Origin: Neodothiora populina
Taxonomy: Eukaryota
Reading direction: 5' to 3'
Assembly: GCF_041146345.1 (NCBI RefSeq)
Contig: NW_027191413.1
Span: forward strand, 62,001 to 126,000
Length of the DNA stretch: 64,000 bases
The first letter of the stretch is position 1, and each line of letters begins with the position of its first letter. The translations under genes were made by a program, and so were the position numbers. This document shows positions 59,101 through 64,000 of this stretch, piece after piece. The notes beneath the pieces are model-generated. The model had not been told where the DNA came from and did not search any database. It was given only the letters and a program-made list of their open reading frames with translations.

Positions 59101-62100
59101 CAGGCGATTGCCTTCTCGTCCATCATCCTAAGAGCACGATTCATAGGGACGATTTCGTAAAACTGTGATTGCATATACTTGGCTTGCAGCTTTGCTAGGA
59201 GCTCTTCGCGATCGCTGTCTGCACGCAGCAGTAACTTCTCGACCACGGCTGTAGCATCTGCCGATTTCTCCGGGGTCACAGTCTCCAGATTAATGGACTG
59301 TAGTCTTGCTTTAACAGACGTGATGAAAGCATGAAGTTTGGTTTCGAATTGTGTGAAAAGTTGATTTTTCATCATCAGTCCTTCGTCGACTTCCCAGGTA
59401 ATTGTGCTCCTGGGTACAATAACATCGTATAACTCGACAGGATCATACTGCACGCGTACAGCCAAGCCGTTGAAAGCAAAGTAGCGAATAAAATCCTTGT
59501 GAATATCGTGAGGACAAACGCTGGCCCTTGGCTTGAGAGGAGTGCTCCAGAAGCTGAGCTCCAGATATTTACCAAATGAGTACTTCCAAGAACTATCTGA
59601 CATTGGCATCCACGTTGTCTCCTGCTGACAAATTTTGCAGGCCGAGAACATGAATATGGTGCTCCTGAGTCCGGGATTTTTGGAAGGATATCTTTTGACA
59701 GATATTGAGAGTTGACCGTGTCCATGGACGTACTGACGATGGTGGTCCAGCATCTTCCGATTGCAAACCTTGCAATTGTTATTAGCAGCTTGGCACATAT
59801 CTTCGACAAATTGACCTAAAGTGCAATCCTCTTCGAGCTTTTCGTCAGATTGATTGAAACCAGCGTAAAAGCCAAAGCCAAAAACCTCCGGGCCAGCGCA
59901 AGGAACCGAGGTAACACTTGAGACTATCGAGTGCAGGACCCAAATGTTCTGGTGATTGAAGGGATTGAACGGATCGTTGCCGTTGCTGGTAAAAAATGAC
60001 TCCCATTGTTTCTTCTTGATTTCGTATTCGCGTAAGGCCATTTGATACTGAGCGTCGTGCATGTCACGAAGGAACATTCGGACTGTATCCGGCTGACTTT
60101 CGGGAGAAGGTTGGTCCAGCATACTGGGAGTGACCAGACCGAATTCACTGCCAACCTTCACACGGTTTGCCTCGTCTTCTGTACCAATGAGAGAATCGTA
60201 GCGATCACGTAATCTTCTGGACTGCTCGACTTTGCGCTCCTGCTCTTGAGCTCTGAGTAAAAGGTATGGTACAGTGAACTTGACAAACGGAGACGAAGAA
60301 ATAAGTCGCTTCCTTGCGGTCTCGATGAGTTCCCGATACTGCGACGGCATGTTTTCGTCCTCGCTGTCTTCGTGAACCTCGGGCTCTGGTGTTGCCGGTC
60401 GTTTTACTTCATGTCGTGTCGCCTCAACCAAATGATTCAGACCATTTGCATCTACTTGGAAGCCATCTGGAATGGAGTGCTCTTGATCAAGTGGCACGAT
60501 TGCCTCGAGGGGATTTTTGATCTCGGCTCTCGGCGTAGGCGTTACAGGCTCGCTCTCGTCCACAGGGAGCTGCATTTCGACTTCGGGCAAGTCCTTGGGT
60601 GCAGTAACTTCGGCTGGTGAAGAGGGAATGAGTACGAACTCATCTCTCATGAGGCATGTCTCGAGCCTCAAGTTGTACACAACATAAGTCATAAACTCTG
60701 TTACTCGTTTGATAGATCGAAGAGTCTCCATGTCGGCGCCCCGGAGCACGACAGTGCAGCCAAGATCTGGCTGACAACCAGACATCCAGATATAAGTCTT
60801 CTTCTTTCCACCGTAGATATATGTTTTCACCTCAAATGTCCCACACTGCCCTAGCTGGTCCGGATCAATGGATAGCTTATCTTGGGATTTAATCAAAACC
60901 GTCTGAGTCACGCGAGCAACAGCGGCGAGAACGGACTCCTTGATATTATACACCACGGTCACACCAGCTTCCTGAAGAAGTTGAAGTGCGAGACCACACA
61001 CTTGGCGTTGAACGAGCAATATTTGAGGTTTCAACGCTACAATGCGCCCGACCAGCATACAAACATACTCTCTTTCCTGAGCGATCAGGTTCTCCAACGA
61101 GAGAAGGCTTGAGTGCTGTCTGGTGTATTCAAGCGGAAAGGTGATGATCACAATGCGTGGTTTGATCAGTTTCCGTGGCATGTCTTTCAGAGCAATGTTC
61201 TTACTAAACACAACGCCTGATACGTAGGCTGTATCTCCCGGTTTACCACCTGGGATCTTTTTGAGCTTGATGTAGTTGCGGATATCCATGTCATCACCAT
61301 TTTGCACATCGGGATCGACATCATCAGTGCACTGCAAGAGGATTGGCATTAACGCCTTCTGCCACCTCTTGCGATGTGAGATTTTGGATCCTTTCAGCAA
61401 CTGCGACAACAACTTGCGGACATGTTGCAGACTTGCGTGGTTGAGCTCAATAGCTGGCGCATTAGTTCCATGCATAGCACTGCTGCACTTGATCTGCGCG
61501 TCCCGACTTGTAGGAGGGGTCGAGTCGAAGGCCAGAGGTGAGTTCGTCCCATCATCGCCAGGGACAATATAATCAAGCCCTTTCAGGACGTTGGTACTCC
61601 GACTTCTGCGCGGGGATGGCCTGCCAAGTGCGAAACTACTAACACTGTGATTGCGCTTTCGAGACGACTTTGGCGGATATCTGGATGCGAAATACACGCC
61701 TTCGGATTCGCGCCCGAGACTCTGGCCTGCGATGCTCTTGTCACCTCGACGCGACCGACCCTTTTTCACTGCTGATGATAATAGTCCGGACAGCCCTGCC
61801 TTTTCGTTGCCCTCGAGGGCGGACTCTGTGATTATATCACCGTTAAGCGTGGTGAAAATACTCTGCTGGTCATCCTCGGAATATTCGTCGGACATGTAGT
61901 CTGCAAGATCAGGGTCGATGAACTTGTCCATGTTGAGAGCAGCGAGTGGTGTTTCTCCTTTCACGGTCGCATCTTGGTAGAATGGCCCTCTTTCCTCCGG
62001 GGTGAATCGAAGAGGACGCGAAGTAAACTGACGCGAAGATCGGCGCTTGTGGCCCGCAGATTTGGGTCGACCAGTCAGGGATTTGAGAGAGCGCGAGGAG

Positions 62101-63743
62101 CTCGGGCGCGCAAGCATTGGTTGATCAAATTCGATAATAGCCGAACGTCTTTTGATGTCCCGATTTCTTTTAGAGACTGGTATTCCAATGGACGGCGTCG
62201 CCACGTTCGCCTCGTCGATGTCCGTGCGGGAAGGATCATCCTGAAGTTGGGGTGAAATCAATCGGTCCTCGTCGGAGAAGACGGTGGAGTCATCATCGCT
62301 GCCATAAATCATATCGCGACAAGCAAGGCAGAGCCTTAATCGTCCAGGTTGTCCAAAGTCTTTTCCAGGAACAAGTTGGGTACATTGCGAATCGAAAATC
62401 TGACCACAAGTCCTGCAATGGTGCTTCCTTCGAAACGTAGAGAATGCAACACCACAACGGAAGCAATCTCTTGCATTCTCGTCCTTCATCCAGAACTCCT
62501 TGCTGAGGACCCTCCGCCTCCAGTGCGCTGGGACGAACCCAGTCTTGCCATTCTGGCTCTGTGATAACCTTGACCGCGGTCGTCTGTTCTGGAAGCCTGC
62601 GTTGAAGTTGGGCGGGATTTCGGACACTGGTGTCGCGACTGGAGTATTCGCCTTGCTGTTGGACGCTGAGGGGACCGTCGACGATGATTGTGAGATGCGT
62701 AAGTTCGGCAGATGCGAAGCACTGACCCGTAGAGTAGGTCTCTCTCTTGTGTCGGAAGCAACGAGAACGGGAGAAGACAAGGCAGATTTACTGTTGATCG
62801 AGAACTGTTCCGACTGAGAAGGGGTCTGCGACTGCCGTCGAGAGGGCGCGCTGGTTGTGTGAGAGATTTGAGAGGGAATCGGCTTCAAAGGCGGCTGCAG
62901 TGATTCAACACTTGGCATAGGCGAGGCCAGCCTCGGTGATTGGTCACCCGGAGCAATAGTAGCACTCTCATCACGCATGAATGGTGCACCCTGGAAGGAA
63001 GATCGATTTGACATCGGAAGGTCTCTAATATCAGCCGGAGAGGTTACCGAGGGCGAACCCTGAAGCTTAGCAAGAGCGAGGTTGAGGTGCATATCTCGTG
63101 ACGCTGGTCGTGAGTGAGCTTTCTGGACAGGTCGCTGGAGCACAGTAAAGCCGGATTCATCGGCATCATCGAAGAGTGAGGATGGTTGAAAAGGCGCCTG
63201 TGAACTGAAAGAACTTGGCCGTGTCGAAGACAGGTTCAAGCTGCTGCGTGACACGTGCTGTGATGGAAGAGTTCTTGGCGTCATGGACGGAGAAGGTATC
63301 GAAGGAGTCGCCAGTGGTGGCGCAGGGATAGGTCTCGCCCTGTCCTCCAGGTTGGCCTTGTAGACGGCACTCGACGAACTCTTGATGGATGCATTATCAG
63401 GAGGGTAGCCAAAACTCGCGCGACTCGCTGGTCTGCCTGAAGTTTCGGAGGTTGGTGACGAGGCACCAACACTCTGCCTCAGTCTCGAGTACAGTCCACT
63501 GATTCCACCGCTGACAAACTCTTTCGGACCAGATGCCCTGCCACCAGTAGCGCTTCCATCGAAGTCTCTAAATGAAGTCAGGGCGTCGGATTTTGAGGCG
63601 GTTGTATGGATATCGTCGAGTGCTTGAGCCAGAGCTTCCTTATCAACGATGGACCGTAGTGAGGAGACGGAACCTCGACGAGAACGGAAAGCGGGGACCG
63701 GTTGAGTAGAAGAAGCAGACGGAGCCCTCCTTTCATGAGCCAT
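56169..63743 (-). CDS. FAB1: 1-phosphatidylinositol-3-phosphate 5-kinase Fab1/PIKfyve
   Basis: 2524-aa ORF; FYVE (WMKD, RRKHHCRTCGQIF), CCT-like domain (KKIPGG), PIPK domain (GGKTKS, FDLKGS, MDYSL, GIIDCIRTYTWDKKLE). Confidence 0.98.
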   Translation of the reverse strand: MAHERRAPSASSTQPVPAFRSRRGSVSSLRSIVDKEALAQALDDIHTTASKSDALTSFRDFDGSATGGRASGPKEFVSGGISGLYSRLRQSVGASSPTSETSGRPASRASFGYPPDNASIKSSSSAVYKANLEDRARPIPAPPLATPSIPSPSMTPRTLPSQHVSRSSLNLSSTRPSSFSSQAPFQPSSLFDDADESGFTVLQRPVQKAHSRPASRDMHLNLALAKLQGSPSVTSPADIRDLPMSNRSSFQGAPFMRDESATIAPGDQSPRLASPMPSVESLQPPLKPIPSQISHTTSAPSRRQSQTPSQSEQFSINSKSALSSPVLVASDTRERPTLRVSASHLPNLRISQSSSTVPSASNSKANTPVATPVSEIPPNFNAGFQNRRPRSRLSQSQNGKTGFVPAHWRRRVLSKEFWMKDENARDCFRCGVAFSTFRRKHHCRTCGQIFDSQCTQLVPGKDFGQPGRLRLCLACRDMIYGSDDDSTVFSDEDRLISPQLQDDPSRTDIDEANVATPSIGIPVSKRNRDIKRRSAIIEFDQPMLARPSSSRSLKSLTGRPKSAGHKRRSSRQFTSRPLRFTPEERGPFYQDATVKGETPLAALNMDKFIDPDLADYMSDEYSEDDQQSIFTTLNGDIITESALEGNEKAGLSGLLSSAVKKGRSRRGDKSIAGQSLGRESEGVYFASRYPPKSSRKRNHSVSSFALGRPSPRRSRSTNVLKGLDYIVPGDDGTNSPLAFDSTPPTSRDAQIKCSSAMHGTNAPAIELNHASLQHVRKLLSQLLKGSKISHRKRWQKALMPILLQCTDDVDPDVQNGDDMDIRNYIKLKKIPGGKPGDTAYVSGVVFSKNIALKDMPRKLIKPRIVIITFPLEYTRQHSSLLSLENLIAQEREYVCMLVGRIVALKPQILLVQRQVCGLALQLLQEAGVTVVYNIKESVLAAVARVTQTVLIKSQDKLSIDPDQLGQCGTFEVKTYIYGGKKKTYIWMSGCQPDLGCTVVLRGADMETLRSIKRVTEFMTYVVYNLRLETCLMRDEFVLIPSSPAEVTAPKDLPEVEMQLPVDESEPVTPTPRAEIKNPLEAIVPLDQEHSIPDGFQVDANGLNHLVEATRHEVKRPATPEPEVHEDSEDENMPSQYRELIETARKRLISSSPFVKFTVPYLLLRAQEQERKVEQSRRLRDRYDSLIGTEDEANRVKVGSEFGLVTPSMLDQPSPESQPDTVRMFLRDMHDAQYQMALREYEIKKKQWESFFTSNGNDPFNPFNHQNIWVLHSIVSSVTSVPCAGPEVFGFGFYAGFNQSDEKLEEDCTLGQFVEDMCQAANNNCKVCNRKMLDHHRQYVHGHGQLSISVKRYPSKNPGLRSTIFMFSACKICQQETTWMPMSDSSWKYSFGKYLELSFWSTPLKPRASVCPHDIHKDFIRYFAFNGLAVRVQYDPVELYDVIVPRSTITWEVDEGLMMKNQLFTQFETKLHAFITSVKARLQSINLETVTPEKSADATAVVEKLLLRADSDREELLAKLQAKYMQSQFYEIVPMNRALRMMDEKAIAWDDAFADFERNYFPSENDIRRLATLQLKKIFLDRGEVVDQQSNDASDTEDGMEMQDRAPPSSMKLTDEHLRSEKTQDIMSSVVQENRYSELGGDEQKPASDSVAGEAPTEASEPLELARKLSPSEREQAADRGDVKHLDLAVPPSLPNENVSEPEAPATSAERKSSTDSKSSESFAVEPKPLNSTILERIEQMRSAANGAGGNEAMPESRIPRLAGLKSRGPPSPTLTRAQSQPSHVPRRSADLTGNMPSTAEASGSGEGSGSATPTQNDNVQNERLAKTIEQRLADRLGTGRKAQASLIPRSVPSRANENSTRVSALAKHFEQLSREFERERLRERRQRAARSRQVRANPLASSRPVVEVYTDPRLAVGEEKVDFDYDRIPLSGPDPSHEQSQQASDPVDDASTHDPQDEGDNTDHYATDTEMGDSTVGAHTDTEADGDATDVENMIPTPSRKRDRTGPLSTASSSSALSPSSPHEIDQHLDLTIPKHEKSSLMKMLTSFWSERSASGWMPLDYPLSPTEHVFDDSDIVVREDEPASVIALALSCADYVAKVDAFRLNPTPLKTGSSHSHTASQGSFSFPAQLSASSVASAQAAIEASLISPTGTHMKYSFAHGPVKTTCKIFYAESFDALRRKCGVSDRFVESLSRCAKWDSKGGKTKSLFLKTLDDRFVIKSLQEVELKAFTKFAPDYFSFMSHTLFHGVPSVIAKMFGLFQVIIKNPATGTEFSSYLLVMENLFYSRNPTRRFDLKGSMRNRKIESTGQPDEVLLDENLVETIFETPLFVREHARKLLRAGVWNDTMWLCKQNVMDYSLMAGFDDDKKELVVGIIDCIRTYTWDKKLESWIKDRGKNKPTITSPKDYRNRFRVSMMQYVLQAPNVWHGFLNQSPNVMPGAQGTDRTSMEHNAAAENLPRSSGDGARRTGGELAQVAGPFGRGFDGSEQPASSIKGKKEAERLVGEGHLMNEATIREMSTMTFA

Positions 63744-64000
63744 ACTGTGCTTTCCTTTTCGCCGAACGCGACTGTTGCTGCTTTCGCTGTCGCTGTCGCT
63801 GCCTGGTTGCCCAAGCTGACCAATTCATCCCGCACTGGTGTTGTTTATCTTCTTACTGACTTGTCTCCTAGACAGGCATCGCCACAGAAGCAAGGTAGAC
63901 AATATAGATATATCTCGAATCTGCGATCAAAAGGTGTACAGGAATGGATGTCTTTGTCATATGTTGTATATTGATGCTGTCCGCGAGGATGGATGGAAGT

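Overview
Gene-dense, intron-containing filamentous ascomycete DNA (Pezizomycotina; Eurotiomycetes/Chaetothyriales-like is only a guess). Conserved genes, called from motif recognition without database searches: 3' end of a TmpA-type flavoprotein, an MTC4-like protein, aldehyde reductase, MIC60, a TetX-like monooxygenase, an SDR, a VIVID/ENVOY-type LOV protein, a tandem GNAT, an ATG22-like MFS transporter, GH5 endoglucanase, carboxypeptidase S, GH43 galactanase, NBS1, ER FKBP, an F-box-like protein, Rab5/YPT52, SAC1, a bZIP-DUF3425-like factor, intron-containing tRNA-Ser(AGA) and tRNA-Leu(CAG), and FAB1. The most interesting part is an accessory block at ~30.3-38.3 kb. It holds a head-to-head pair: a HeLo-like helical domain + pseudokinase gene (MLKL-like architecture) and a NEK-like kinase + ankyrin-repeat gene (RIPK4-like architecture). 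The pair is bracketed by ~100-bp direct repeats and linked to a chain of short diverged duplications, and is a candidate fungal necroptosis-like/allorecognition module. The kinase gene has an unresolved frame break. Also seen: two inverted copies of a TA-flanked MITE, dispersed 11-bp-periodic tracts, and an IRC21-like cytochrome b5 pseudogene with RIP-like damage.
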